Assembly: GCA_951406725.2 (NCBI GenBank)
Contig: OX597837.1
Span: 9,238,001-9,302,000 of the forward strand
Direction of reading: 5' to 3'
Length of the DNA: 64,000 bases
Source of the DNA: Octopus vulgaris
Taxonomy: Eukaryota
The number at the start of each line of letters is the position of its first letter. Position 1 is the first letter of the stretch. Made by a program: the position numbers and the translations under genes. Positions 12,698 to 25,800 of the stretch are shown here, piece after piece. Below the pieces are notes generated by a model. It worked only from the letters and a program-made list of their open reading frames with translations, was not told where the DNA came from and did not search any database.

Positions 12698-12907
12698 GTG
12701 TGTGTGTGCGTTTGTTCTCCCAACATCGCTTGACAACCGATGGTGGTGTGTTTACGTTCCCGTAACTTAGCGGTTCGGCAAAAGACACCGATAGAATAAA
12801 TACTAGGCTTGCAAAGAATAAGTCCTGGGATCGATGTGCTCGACTAGAGGCGGTGCTCCAGGATGGTCACAGTCAAATAACTGAAACAAGTAAAAGAGTA
12901 AAAGAGA
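12445..12907 (+). mobile_element. SINE family A, full length
   Basis: Homologous to 6097-6505, with an expanded internal (TA)n and tail (gtaaaaga)n. Confidence 0.88.
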
Positions 12908-13325
12908 TATGATCTACCATATTTCTGTTTATTCTCCAACAAAACACCGACGTGTCAGAAATCTGTTGAATGAAAATATCAACAAAGAGAAAATGTTCAA
13001 AACAGAAAATGAAGAGTGTCAAAATTTTTGAATATTACAAACACAATTTGCTTGAAAGTATTATATTTATACAAAAATAGATTTATTAAATTAAAACGAA
13101 AATTTAAGAAACGGATGGCATTTTGAATATTGATAATTGGCTGTCAACATTTCGGTCTGGTCGCCATTTTGTGTAGTCGACATTTTGTCGAGACGGCATT
13201 TTCACTTTGAAGGCAACTTTTCTGGAAATGTCAATTTCAGCAATTTCTCAAGTCATGAGTATTACACTTTCTCCGATGACTATTATATACCCCACACAAT
13301 CTTAACATCGCACACACATACACAT

Positions 13326-13630
13326 GGAGGCACATGACCTAGTGGTTAGAGCAGCGGACTCGCGATCGAGGGATTGCGGTTTCGAATCTCAGACCGGACG
13401 ATGTGTGTGTTTATGAGCGAAACACCTAAGCTCCCCGCGGCTCCGGCAGACGGTAATGGCGAAACTTTTGCTGACTCTTTCGCCACAACTTTCTCTCACT
13501 CTTTCCTCCTGCATCTTACAGCTCACCTGCGATGGACCGGCGTCCCGTCCAGGTGGGGAACCTATAGGCCGAGGAAACCGGGGAAACCGGCCATTATGAG
13601 CCAGGCATGGCTCGAGAAGAAACAAACAAC
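13326..13630 (+). mobile_element. tRNA-derived SINE family C
   Basis: A-box TGACCTAGTGG, B-box GTTTCGAATC. Head shared with the copies at 28140 and 37293. Confidence 0.8.
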
Positions 13631-14239
13631 ACACATACACTCACACATATGCGCATACACAGATTGGCAGGCAAACAACCAGCCATTAATAGCTTTGGAA
13701 ATTTAACATCAACTTTGACAAGTTCACTAGTCACAGAAAGCCTTTAAACATCCCTTCCCTTATATAAACCATTAAAAATCCCAACAGTGTTTTAGTAGTC
13801 CTAATACTTCTTTTATGTAGCATACTTCTATAAAGAAGCGCAGAAATATCAGTGTTAAGAATAAATACATGATTTAAAACTGCAGGGTTTGAAATATTCT
13901 AAATATCAAACAGAGAAATATTCTCTCTGTGGAAATAGCCTTTGCCATATTTAGTAACAGATTTATCACAGAATAGTCACCTACACGAAATTATCGCTGC
14001 ATGCCCTGCGAAAATGAAACTTAATAACAACAACAATTACAACAGCAAAAACAACAACGACAACAACAACAATAATAATAATGATAATTTCTTTATTAGC
14101 TATGGAAGGCTTACACGTAGGAAAATATTAAGGGTAACACAAGACGACACAAGTATGGGTTTTAGCGCCTAAAAAACGTCACATAACAAATCAAACCCTA
14201 ATAAAGTGAATTCTGCAATGGGCAAGAACTTCCGAGGTT

Positions 14240-14468
14240 CTTTGGCCGAACCGCTAAGTTACGGGGACGTAAACACAGCAGCATCGGTTGTCAAGCAATG
14301 TCGGGGGAACAAACACACGTACGGATATACGACGGGCTTCTTTCATTCTCCGTCTACCTAATCCACTCCCAAGGCTTTGGTCGGCTCAAGGTGCCACGCA
14401 GTAGGACTGAACCCAGAACCATGCGGTTGGTAGGCGAGCTACTTACCACACAGTCACACTTACGCCTG
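14240..14468 (-). mobile_element. SINE family A, partial with internal deletion
   Basis: gccgaaccgctaagttacggggacg...acttaccacacagtcac matches the reverse complement of family A. Confidence 0.75.
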
Positions 14469-14629
14469 TATATTTTTCAGAGAGTCGTATGCCACTCTAT
14501 CGAGATATTGATCGTAATTTTGATAGACCGTATCCGCAAATAAAGAGACAAGCATTTCAGAAATAATCACAACTCTATAACTTTTTGTAAATGATTAAAA
14601 ATGTAGCAACTGCTGAAACAATAACTACA

Positions 14630-14659
14630 AAGAACAACAGCATCAACAACAACAACATC

Positions 14660-14717
<58 letters not shown>

Positions 14718-14803
14718 GTAATAATGATAATAATAATAATAATAATAGTAATAATAATAATAATAATAGTAATAATAATAATAATCCTAATAATAATAAT
14801 AGC

Positions 14804-14837
<34 letters not shown>

Positions 14838-14873
14838 GTAATAATAATAATAGTAATAATAATAATAATAATG

Positions 14874-14944
<71 letters not shown>

Positions 14945-14945
14945 G
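14630..14945. repeat. (AAT)n microsatellite, ~300 bp
   Basis: Read directly. Confidence 0.95.
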
Positions 14946-15291
14946 TAATACTTTTAGCATTTTGGTTCGCGATTTTTTTGGTGACTGGAGTAATCTTGTG
15001 GATTATTATTTCATTAGAAATGAATTTTGAGATCACAAAGAATAATAAATGATAAGTAGAATCGTTTTGAGAGCTCGTCTGCATTGTTTTTTAATTCTCG
15101 TTTTACTGCTTGTTGGTTGTTAATAAATGTTACAAGAGGTTATAGAGAAGTTTAGTATTAACGGAAGCAAAATGATAGAACATAACTGAAATGAAAAAAG
15201 AAAATGACTGAAATTATAACAACGAGTGATTACTCTTCAAGTTTTAGCGATGAGATTTTTTTTACAAAGTGAAACAAACTCACGCTCACAT

Positions 15292-15329
<38 letters not shown>

Positions 15330-15511
15330 GCACACGCACATACATACACACACACAGTCACGACGAACTTTAAGCTTTCTTCTACCAGATTCATTCACAA
15401 AGATTCAGTCGACCCGATTCTATAGAAGACCTCTGCTGAAGGTGCCACGCAGTGAGATTGAACCTGGATCTCCAGCACACCTAAGCCAGCGCCTATATCT
15501 CTATACTTACA

Positions 15512-15551
<40 letters not shown>

Positions 15552-15552
<1 letters not shown>

Positions 15553-15762
15553 CGGGAAGCTTTACGAAAATAAACAAAGGACGAAGGCAGGTGGAGTGCA
15601 AACAAACGATTGTATAAGTATGGCGCTCAGGAATATAAATAAAACAAGTCTTCTACGTTTCGAACCAAAGCTCTTCAACAGAAAAATACACAGAAAAGAA
15701 ACACGGACAGAAACAAGGAGAGAAAAAAATTCGTACAGAAGCTAGCGATTCAACATGGCGAA

Positions 15763-15766
<4 letters not shown>
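15552..15766 (-). mobile_element. Short (TA)n-embedded element, family D (PLE pseudo-LTR-like) with hammerhead-like fold
   Basis: Reverse-complement homolog of 43380-43590. Further copy at 62070-62314 and a fragment at 11537-11592. Confidence 0.75.
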
Positions 15767-15825
<59 letters not shown>

Positions 15826-16032
15826 TGCCACCCCATAATAGCACTGGAATCCGAAACTTCTAACCGTTGTTACTTAAAATCTCATATTGCAGACTTTTCA
15901 ATAACACTCACCGACGAAAAAACGGACTTGCGTTCTCTTTCACGTTATTTATTTTTCCTAACTCTCTTACACACATACATTCACACATTATATATTATAC
16001 ATACATACCTACATACACACATACATACATAC

Positions 16033-16081
<49 letters not shown>

Positions 16082-16621
16082 CATACATATACATATACAT
16101 ATGTATACGCAGATGTCCGTAAGCATGGAAGAATGAATTGATGCGTCTTTTCCTGTGTGCGTAGGTATTTGATATGTGTATTTATGCTGGTATCAAATTT
16201 TACAAACGTGTGCGGGCGTGCTTTCAAGTATGTGAGTATGTATGTGTGTTTGTGTGCGAGTGTGTGTACGCGTGTTTCGACTTCATACGTATATTTACAT
16301 CTATGTTAATGTATAGTCATACAAGTAGTGACAGAAACAGATTTATATAGAGTGAAAGGCACAAAGAGAAAGTGAGAGAGAGAGAGAGAACGGGAGAGAG
16401 AGAGAGAGAAAGGGAGAGACAAAATGAGACATAATGGTAAAAAAGAATGTGTGAGAATGTTTTTTAGGACTGATCTACAGAATAAAAGTTATGCAATTTT
16501 AAAATCAGCATATATTCTTCCATATTTGTACACAAAAAACAAAACATAAACGTTTGTATGATCACACATATACATACATACACATATATAAATATAAATA
16601 TAAATATATATATATGTATAA

Positions 16622-16660
<39 letters not shown>

Positions 16661-16664
<4 letters not shown>

Positions 16665-16768
16665 TAAAACGGTATATATATATATATATATATTGGTAAA
16701 ACGGTATATATATATATATATATATTGGTAAAACGGTATATATATATATATATATATTGGTAAAACGG

Positions 16769-16770
<2 letters not shown>
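16661..16770. repeat. Minisatellite TTGGTAAAACGG(TA)n x4
   Basis: Four units of ~32 bp read directly. Confidence 0.9.
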
Positions 16771-16808
<38 letters not shown>

Positions 16809-17133
16809 CACATATACAGTCTCTCTCTCGTCCTTACATATACGCACACAAACAAATAGATATATTTACAGGTAGAGACAGGTTCTCCTGTTTCTACATC
16901 TATATATACACAAGAAAAAACATAAATACAGAGCGATATTGTGTATTAATGGGCGAGAATATAAAACTGAAAGTAGATTTTCCAGAAAATATTTTGGCCG
17001 CCATTGCGCAAAAACTGTTTAAGTTTCGTGTCAGCAAATTTGTCAAAGTTAATTTTTTAACATTGTATCTATGGATACAGACATACGACTACATAAGCAA
17101 ATAATATTTATAATGGCAGCTATAGTAGTTATT

Positions 17134-17188
<55 letters not shown>

Positions 17189-17275
17189 GAGGAGGAGGAG
17201 GAGGAGGAGGAGTAGTAGTTATTGTGGTTGTTTTTTATATAATTCATACAATATATGATAAATAATAATATTCTC

Positions 17276-18050
17276 TTCTACTCTAGGTACAAGACCCGAA
17301 ATTTTTTAAGGAAGGGCGCCAGTCGATGAGATCAATCCCAGTACGCAACAGGTACTTAATTTATCAACACTAAAATGATGAGAGTCAAAGTCGACCTCCG
17401 CGGAATTTGAACTCAGAACGTAAAGACAGTCGAAATACCACTAAACATTTCGCTCGGTGTGCTAACGTTTCTTAAGAGGCTAAACACAGAGGGGACAAAC
17501 AAAGACAGATAAAAGGATGAAGTCGATTACATCGACCCCAGTGCGTAACTGGTACTTAATTTATCGACCCCGAAAAGATGAAAGTCAAAGTCGACCTCGG
17601 TGGAATTTGAACTCAGAACGTAGCGGCAGACGAAACATCTATTTCTGTACTATCCACAAGGTGCTAAACACAGAGGAAACAAACAAGGACAGACAGACGG
17701 ATTAAGTCGATTATATCTACCCCAGTGCGTAACTGGTACTTAATTTATCAACCCTGAAAGGATAGAAGGCAAAGTCGACCTCGGCGGAATTTGAACTCGA
17801 TATAATCGACTTTATCCCTTTGTCCTTGTTTGTCCCCTCTGTGTTTAGCCCCTTGAGGGAAATAAAGACATAAGAAACGTTAGCACGCCGGTGATTAAAG
17901 CATAGCGATATTTTGTCAACCGCTACATTCTGAGTTCAAATTCACGCCCATTCCTGGTCGATAAATGAAGTACTAATTGCATATTAGGGTCGGTCTAATC
18001 GACTAGTCCCTCCCCTAAAATTTCTGGCCTTGTGCCTAGAGTAGAAAAGA
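17276..18050. repeat. SINE B array that switches orientation at ~17800 (minus, then plus)
   Basis: Three minus-strand units (gtcgacctcggcggaatttgaactc) followed by plus-strand units ending ggccttgtgcctagagtagaaaaga. Confidence 0.8.
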
Positions 18051-18987
18051 TTAATGTGCCCGAACTGGTAATTATTTTACCGAGCTCGAAACGATGAATG
18101 TGTAAGTTGACTTCGACGGAATTTAAATTCAGAGAGTAAAAAATACTTAAATATCGCTGATATCTATTAGTGCATTTTGCCAGCGCGCTAATAGATATCA
18201 TATTAAATAATTTTAAAAAATGATACTTTGCCATTTACCCCTTAAAAGACCATTTCTATTATTTTAGGGTAAGAAAACATTGTAACTTATTTATTGTCTT
18301 TGAAGTTGAATTTTACGATTATCTTTGAAGTGTTATGTGCAAATATACACACAGAACGATGATGAGGAAGATGAGGATGACAGTCATAAAATGATGATGA
18401 TGATGATGATGATGATGAAGTTTGCAATAAAAATGATTTCAAATTTTGGCTCAGGTCCAGAAAGTTTGCGGGTAGAAGACTAAGTCGATTACACCGATAC
18501 CAGAGCTCAAACGGTGTTAATTTTATTGACCCCGAAACGAAATAAAAGTCGATGTCGGCAAGTTATTAAAACTAATAATACTTCTAACATTATTCCTTTT
18601 TCTATCATTATCCACCTTGCAGATGGATGGAGCCAAGTTACAATTATTTTCAGGTTGAGCAGTTCATCGTGCTCAAATGTTCCTTAAATAAGAGTTGTTT
18701 AAGGTTGTTAAACGAAACCCCTAGGTTGCCAGAGTTGAAATTATTCAAACTCCAAAGAATTCCACACAACTATGATGCTCCCCTATTACTTCTGCTCGTG
18801 ATCAGAGATGCACATATCGTCAGGCACAATAGGACATGCTTAACTGGTTAAGGTCAAGCAGTTGACAAGCACTGTTGACTTAACTCCTTTTTATGACTAT
18901 TATTCGACGCGTATCTATGCCAAATTCCATGCCTGTAACTTTGCTGAAGTGTCTCACACTATGTATGCATGTATGTATGTATTGTTG

Positions 18988-19058
<71 letters not shown>

Positions 19059-19542
19059 AGCAGTAGTAGCAGCAGCAGCAGTAGTGGTGGTGATAACAGT
19101 AGTAGTAGTAGTTGTTGTTGTCATATTAGTAACAATAATAATAATAATTATAATAGTAATGATAATGATAATGATGATTAATAGATTAATACTTAAAACA
19201 GACCTCAATGCAAAAAACAAAATAACAGGTATTAATCCTTTAGTTGTCCCAGTTATAAGTTACACTTACAACATTCTTAATTGGACAATAAATGAATTGA
19301 CCAATCTAGAGGGGAAAACAAAAAAAAAATGATGACGGAATTTAAAATACACCACCCAAAATCTGAGAGAGGAAGGTTCTATATACAAATAATTGAAGGT
19401 GGTAGGGACCTTGCATATATCAGAAACTAGTATGAAATAACCACGATAGAATTACCGAAATATCTAACACAAAATCATGGAAAACTCGTACAGATAGCTA
19501 CAAAACATGAGTAAAAACAAAAAAAAAGTTTTCTGTCTTTAA

Positions 19543-19945
19543 TACTCTTTTACTCTTTTACTTGTTTCATTCATTTGACTGCGGCCATGCTGGAGCACCG
19601 CCTTTAATCGAGCAACTTGACCCCGGGACTTATTCTTTGTAAGCCCAGTACTTATTCTATCGGTCTCATTTTGCCGAACCGCTAAGTGACGGGGACGTAA
19701 ACACACTAGCATCGGTTGTCAAGCAATGCTAGGGGGACAAACACAGACACACACACACACATATATATATATACATATATACGACGGGCTTCTTTCATTT
19801 TCCGTCTACCAAATCCACTCACAAGGCTTTGGTCGGCCCGAGGCTATAGTAGAAGTCACTTGCCCAAGACGCCACGCAGTGGGACTGAACCCGGAACCAT
19901 GTGGTCGGTAAGCAAGCTACTTACCACACAGCCACTCCTGCGCCT
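19543..19945 (-). mobile_element. SINE family A, full length
   Basis: Reverse complement of the 6097-type copy. Confidence 0.88.
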
Positions 19946-20294
19946 AATAATGTCGAAAACAACAAGAAGGAGGCCATAGCACTTGATAACTATGAAGAAA
20001 AAGAGCAAACAACACAAGCAGTAAAGCAACAGAAATCTAAGCTAAAGTTGGAACGACTAAATGCCAGGAAAATGAGATGGGAAGAAAAGCCATTACATGG
20101 CAAATAGTGAGATAAACTAAGCAGAAAAGAAACAGGCAATGTAAAATCCAAACCATGGCTGAGAAGCTCAGGACTCAAAGCAGAGTTTAAATGCGGCCCA
20201 AAATAAAAGCCTCTCCACCAGAAACCACCAGAACCACAAAATAAAGAAAGACAGAATAAGTAACTGCAGAATATGTGGTGATGAGTAAGAAATG

Positions 20295-20630
20295 ATGATG
20301 ACCCCCTTCGGTCAGACACTGACCATGGGTTTGCAACTAGAGAGTTACCCTCTGAGGCTCAAGTCTGGGCAAGGTTGTTTTATGGAAGACCAGCAGTCGC
20401 CCATGCATACCAGCCTTCCTTCTCCACGTCATCGATGTTGTCCAAGGGAAATGCAAGGGCCAATACAGCTTGGCACTTGTGACGTCGCAACTCATTTCTA
20501 CAGCTGAGTGAACTGGAGCAACGTAAAATAAAGTGTCTTGCTTAAGAACACAACACGCAGCCCGGTCCGGGATTCGAGCTCACAACCTCACGATCGTAAG
20601 CTCGACGCTCTAACCACTGAGCCACGTGCC
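20295..20630 (-). mobile_element. tRNA-derived SINE with CORE-like middle and (CAT)n tail
   Basis: Minus strand reads GGCACGTGGCTCAGTGGTTAGAGCG...GCTCGAATCCC, then gttgtgttcttaagcaagacactt... Confidence 0.8.
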
Positions 20631-20854
20631 TTTTTCTCTTGCTGCCCAGTTCTGGCTAAAGAGGAATATATCCAGAGACATGACAGAGTTGTAACCTATA
20701 TACATTGGATTCTAAGCCACTAATATTGCAACGACAACGGTGAAAATATAGTATAGACACGTCCCTGAAAATATCTCAGAAATGACAAAGCAATCGTAAC
20801 CCGGGATATGCCAATACACACGGATAGAAACAAGAAGGTTAATAAACTAAACAT

Positions 20855-21260
20855 AGAAGTGGCTGTGTGGTAAGTAGCTTGCTAACCAACCACATGGTTC
20901 CGGGTTCAGTCCCACTGCGTGGCATCTTGGGCAAGTGTCTTCTGCTATTGCCCCGGGCCGACCAATGTCTTGTGAGTGGATTTGGTAGACGGAAACTGAA
21001 AGAAGCCTGTCGTATATATGTATATATATGTATGTGTGTGTGTATATGTTTGTGTGTCTGTGTTTGTTCCCCTAGCATTGCTTGACAGCCGATGCTGGTG
21101 TGTTTACGTCCCCGTCACTTAGCCAATCGGCAAAAGAGACCGATAGAATAAGTACTGGGCTTACAAAGAATAAGTCCCGGGGTTGATTTGCTCGACTAAA
21201 GGCGGTGCTCCAGCATGACCGCAGTCAAATTACTGAAACAAGTAAAAGAGTAAAAGAGTA
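20855..21260 (+). mobile_element. SINE family A
   Basis: Homologous to 6097-6505. Confidence 0.88.
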
Positions 21261-22211
21261 ATAGTTTTCGGAGATCATCAAGAAAAATAGGACTTCTAAT
21301 CGGCATATCAATCCCGACGGATGAAAATGTATCTCTAAAGAAATAGAGAAACCTTCAACATACAGAGAACTCAAAATAGAGATAACCGAGTAGCTAAAGG
21401 TGAAGTAAAAGACATAATCCCGATTACCGTTTGTTCAATACTGAGGCGTGACAGCGATAACGTGTGATCGTGTCGTATTTTTCTTACAGGGAGTCAAGTG
21501 AAAAATCTATGAGATATAACACAACTCATTGAGCTTCGAGAATGGAGATGTTGTTGAAGGAACCGCAGAGTAAGCTGAAGAAGAAAGTGTCGGTTATAAT
21601 AAAACAGCAAAAATTCGGAACACGTAAAAATATGTTACAAGCTGAATGTCAGTCACGAAATGGTATCCACAATCCATGAAGTCTGTGTTCCTTGATGGTT
21701 TAAATCCTTGGTGAATATCAGGGAATTCTCAAGAAGACGGGTTTTGGATACACACACAGTAGAGATGATGTAAAGTTATATCAAACCCAAAAGTGAGCCA
21801 AACTTCATAACAACGCACTTTAAATTAATATTAAGCAAAACCAAAATTCGATCCATGAGTTGGATGACGTCACAGTTCGCCTAAATCCCGGAATATTCAA
21901 GGACAAATTCAGAAAGTTCTGTACACGGTAGGAAATGGACGTTTAAGGTGGTCAAGAACATAGATTGTTCAGAACTAAACAGAAGTTGGGTTCTCTCCCA
22001 AATCAGGAAGGATATTTGTGTTTATTTTGGCTTTGTGCTTACAAATTCTATAATATACACACATATATATATACGTCTGTGAGTGTTTTTGTGTACGTGT
22101 ATATATATATATATATGTGTGTGTAAATAAACACATACGTATACATTCTCAACCACAAATCATTTTTAACCCACTTCTATTTATGGGCCCTCGTGGCCTG
22201 TAAATAAAGGA

Positions 22212-22220
22212 TTATTATTA

Positions 22221-22269
<49 letters not shown>

Positions 22270-22547
22270 CAAGCAGTATTAGAAGTAGTAGTAAGAGGAG
22301 GAGGAGGAGAATGAAGTGGAGAATGAGGAGGAGGTGGAGGAGAAGGAGTATAAAAGTAGTATTTCCATTATTATTATTACTATTATTAAGGTTGTTGCTG
22401 TTATTATTATTATTATTATTGTTATTGTTATTGTTGTTATTATTGTAAGTAGTAGTAGTAGTAGTAGTAGTAGAATGGGGAGGAGAAGGAGGAGGAAGTG
22501 GAGCAGAAAGAGTAGTATTAATATTTCCATTACTGTTCTTACTATTA

Positions 22548-22596
<49 letters not shown>

Positions 22597-22597
22597 A

Positions 22598-22639
<42 letters not shown>

Positions 22640-22743
22640 GTTGTTGTTGTTGTTGTTATTAATATTATTATTACAATATCATTATTACTGCTAACTAATA
22701 CTACTACTACTAGTATTTCTACGATTGATATTATTATTACAAT

Positions 22744-22777
<34 letters not shown>

Positions 22778-22810
22778 TTTGTATTTGTTGTTGATTTTCA
22801 TTATTATTTC
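22212..22810. repeat. Compound trinucleotide microsatellite (ATT/AGT/AGG/GTT)
   Basis: Read directly. Confidence 0.9.
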
Positions 22811-23108
22811 TTTTTAATCTCTCCACCATAAACCATTTCCCTTGCGTCAATCGTGTTTCGTAGCGAAAACAAATAAAACCAACGAAATACAAAAAGAGAA
22901 AAAGAAAAAGAAAGACAAACTAAAATTATATGAAGAATAGAAAAGATGAAAAAAAACCACCACCGCCACCACCGACAACAACAAGAACAACAACAGCAAC
23001 GACAACAAAAACAAGAACAATGATAATATAATAAAAAAAACAGAACCAACAACCCATTATCATTATGATACATTTCCAGTAAATGGAATTGAATTTCTAA
23101 AAGGTTTT

Positions 23109-23237
<129 letters not shown>

Positions 23238-23523
23238 TATATGTATATATGCATATATATATATTTATGTATATACGTATGTATATATCTAAGTATATAT
23301 TACGTATGTATGTATACGTTGTGTATGATGAAGGAATTTGACATTTCGATGAGTGGAGCGAAAACAGTTGTAATATTAATAGAATCATGGGAGAAAAAAA
23401 TTTCCTCTCATCACAACATTTTTATCACCCACAGAGATATATCTAGTAAATTATACCCTTTATATTTATTAGATATAATCGTCATACATATATCACTATG
23501 TATACAAACATATATATATATAT

Positions 23524-23589
<66 letters not shown>

Positions 23590-23645
23590 ACAAATTAATA
23601 AATAAAACATATGCATATATACATACATATATGTACGTACCTACA

Positions 23646-23699
<54 letters not shown>

Positions 23700-24164
23700 T
23701 CTTTGTATATAATCATACGCATATATTGATACTGTTTAAGAAAGTGTTTCTAGGTTCGCAGTAAAGCAATTTTATGATTATAGTACCTAGAAAATAGATG
23801 CAAACCATGCAAAAGTATGATTCGCGATTTCGGTTTAGCTGCATCTTTATGATATTAGTTCTTAATGACTACAAACGTTGCAGAATATAAATATGTGTTT
23901 CCTGTACAAATGTACAAAGTATACACTTAATGATAGATATAAGCGTCACACCCATCTACTTTCAAATCGCATCAAGAAACTGGAACGATCATTCTAATCA
24001 TGTAGATTTAGGGAACTCAAAATAGTATGGTAACACTCGCAGAATATGATTATATGAATCACACGACGAGACTACTCCAATAGGATTGTTTTAGGGAACT
24101 TGAAATAGAGTGCAGTTTTTCTCACTGTTCTTATACACACACAAAAACATACACGCACACATAT

Positions 24165-24197
<33 letters not shown>

Positions 24198-24206
24198 TAT
24201 ACATAT

Positions 24207-24297
<91 letters not shown>

Positions 24298-24439
24298 TCA
24301 AAGGATATGCTAAGTATGTCTAACTGCTGGAAATAACAGTCAAAATCCGTATTTAAATCGGCAAAATACACTGATAATAACTACAGAAATCAACCGTCCG
24401 AAGGCAAACAGGCTAACACAATCTCTCAGCATACATTAA

Positions 24440-25800
24440 ATTCAAGTATTTGGACTCACGTTTTTGTGTCAAATTATGCTGTGGCATCCCAGTGAGTTTC
24501 AGTGTGCTCAGAAATTCAACAGGGTTTTGAATAACCTGATCTTGATCGACTGCTATCAATTGATGGAAAAATGATTTCTGCTGCATCTGTTAAGTTTTGA
24601 AGAAGTTCATCAACCATTTCATTTGTTGGGGCTAGTATAGCTCTTTCACATAACCAGTTTACATCACTGTAATTGACAGGTAAATTAGGAAACACTGATG
24701 CCATAATATCCCTAAGGGAAAGTGTTATTTGACCGCATGAAATTTCCTTTAGCTGAAGTCTTGAGTTGAATGATAATATCACGTTACCACATCTTAAGAA
24801 GCTCGTATGATCACCTTCTAGAAGCACCCTGATGTTGCTTGTAAGATGAAATGTTTTCATAAGTCCAAAGGTAAGATTATTTGAAGCATGCATTGGCCTC
24901 ATCAGCTTTTGGCGTTTTGGGGCATAACTGGCAAGGTTTGACGAAAATCTCCTGCAAGAAAAACAGTTACTCCTCCCATCAGCGTACTATTGTTTTTTAT
25001 TCCCTGTAGGGTACGGTGACGTACCTCTAGAGCTCCACGATCTGACAGTGCATTGATCCCAAACAATGAGGCAAGTTTCTTGGAGGACAGTTGCTATTGC
25101 AGTTTGGGAAATGTTGCACATTTGAGATTCTGTCATTGCAACGTTTAGAAGGAGCTTGAACATGAAATGAGTAGGGTTTCCCCCCACTGAGGAGGGTAGC
25201 TGCAATACCAGAAGATGCAACACTAGAAGAAGGTTAGATCTTATTCTCTTCTGTCTAAGAATGCAGTTGAAAATGAGAAAAAGATCTGGTTTTCCATATA
25301 TCCTTCCATACGTCATAGCATCTTGTAGCTGTTTATGCATATATCGAGGACCACCTGTGAATGATGATGGGAGGATTTTAAGTTACCCCATGTTTTGGAT
25401 ATGACCATCTGTACTCAAAGCATCTTGGAGATGAACATAATTTTCAGCCCTTAACTTGTTTGCATTTTTACGAATGTAGAGGAGACGCTGACTCTCAACT
25501 TTAGCATATATATCAACCAGGTATTGCTGAAATAGTTCACGATACCTGTGTAATGGATTTCATTGTTCTGGTCTTAATATCAGTTGGTAAGTGTAGAAGT
25601 CATTTGACAAAACCTTTTTGCTTGTAATTGGCTCACTTATTGCAGGTTCAATCTGTGGAATACTGAAATGATACCCGTCTTGTCCATTCCACAGAATAAT
25701 AGGTTGTTATCTCGAGCAAGAATAAGAATATCACGATATTCATGGGAATCCCCTAACATACGATGGCTGCTTCATTAGATGTGGGTTCATTAAAGCGGCG
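24440..25800 (-). pseudogene. Helitron Rep/PIF1-helicase remnant with a large internal deletion
   Basis: Rep region: ILPSSFTGGPRYMHKQLQDAMTYGRIYGKPDLF. PIF1 region: LIVWDQCT, LAGDFRQTLPV, WLCERAILAPTN, LKLTGMPQHNL. Many lesions. Confidence 0.85.

Larger units (their letters stand above)
19180..21390 (+). pseudogene. Decayed R4/Dong-type (restriction-like endonuclease) LINE 3' half, interrupted by three SINEs
   Basis: ILKTDLNAKNKITGINPLVVPVISY..NWT, HHPKS..EGGR, WEEKPLHG, WLRSSGLKAE, CRICG, CPVLAKEEYIQRHDRV, DMPIHTDR and ISIPTDENV..KE.EK..Y.EL, in order, with stops and frameshifts. Confidence 0.8.

Noticed and set aside
14575-15084. Poly-Asn, poly-Leu and poly-Ile ORFs
   Set aside because: Frames of an (AAT)n microsatellite.
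18622-18851. Possible host exon after a polypyrimidine tract and CAG
   Set aside because: No recognisable protein and no supporting neighbouring exon; the distal part looks repeat-derived.
20555-20630. tRNA gene-like sequences with A and B boxes (also 13326, 28140, 37293)
   Set aside because: Each continues into a SINE body and tail and lacks a clean acceptor stem, so they are SINE heads rather than tRNA genes.
21400-22010. Coding-like composition, possibly a DNA transposase remnant
   Set aside because: Stops interrupt the frames I read and there is no motif I can name with confidence.
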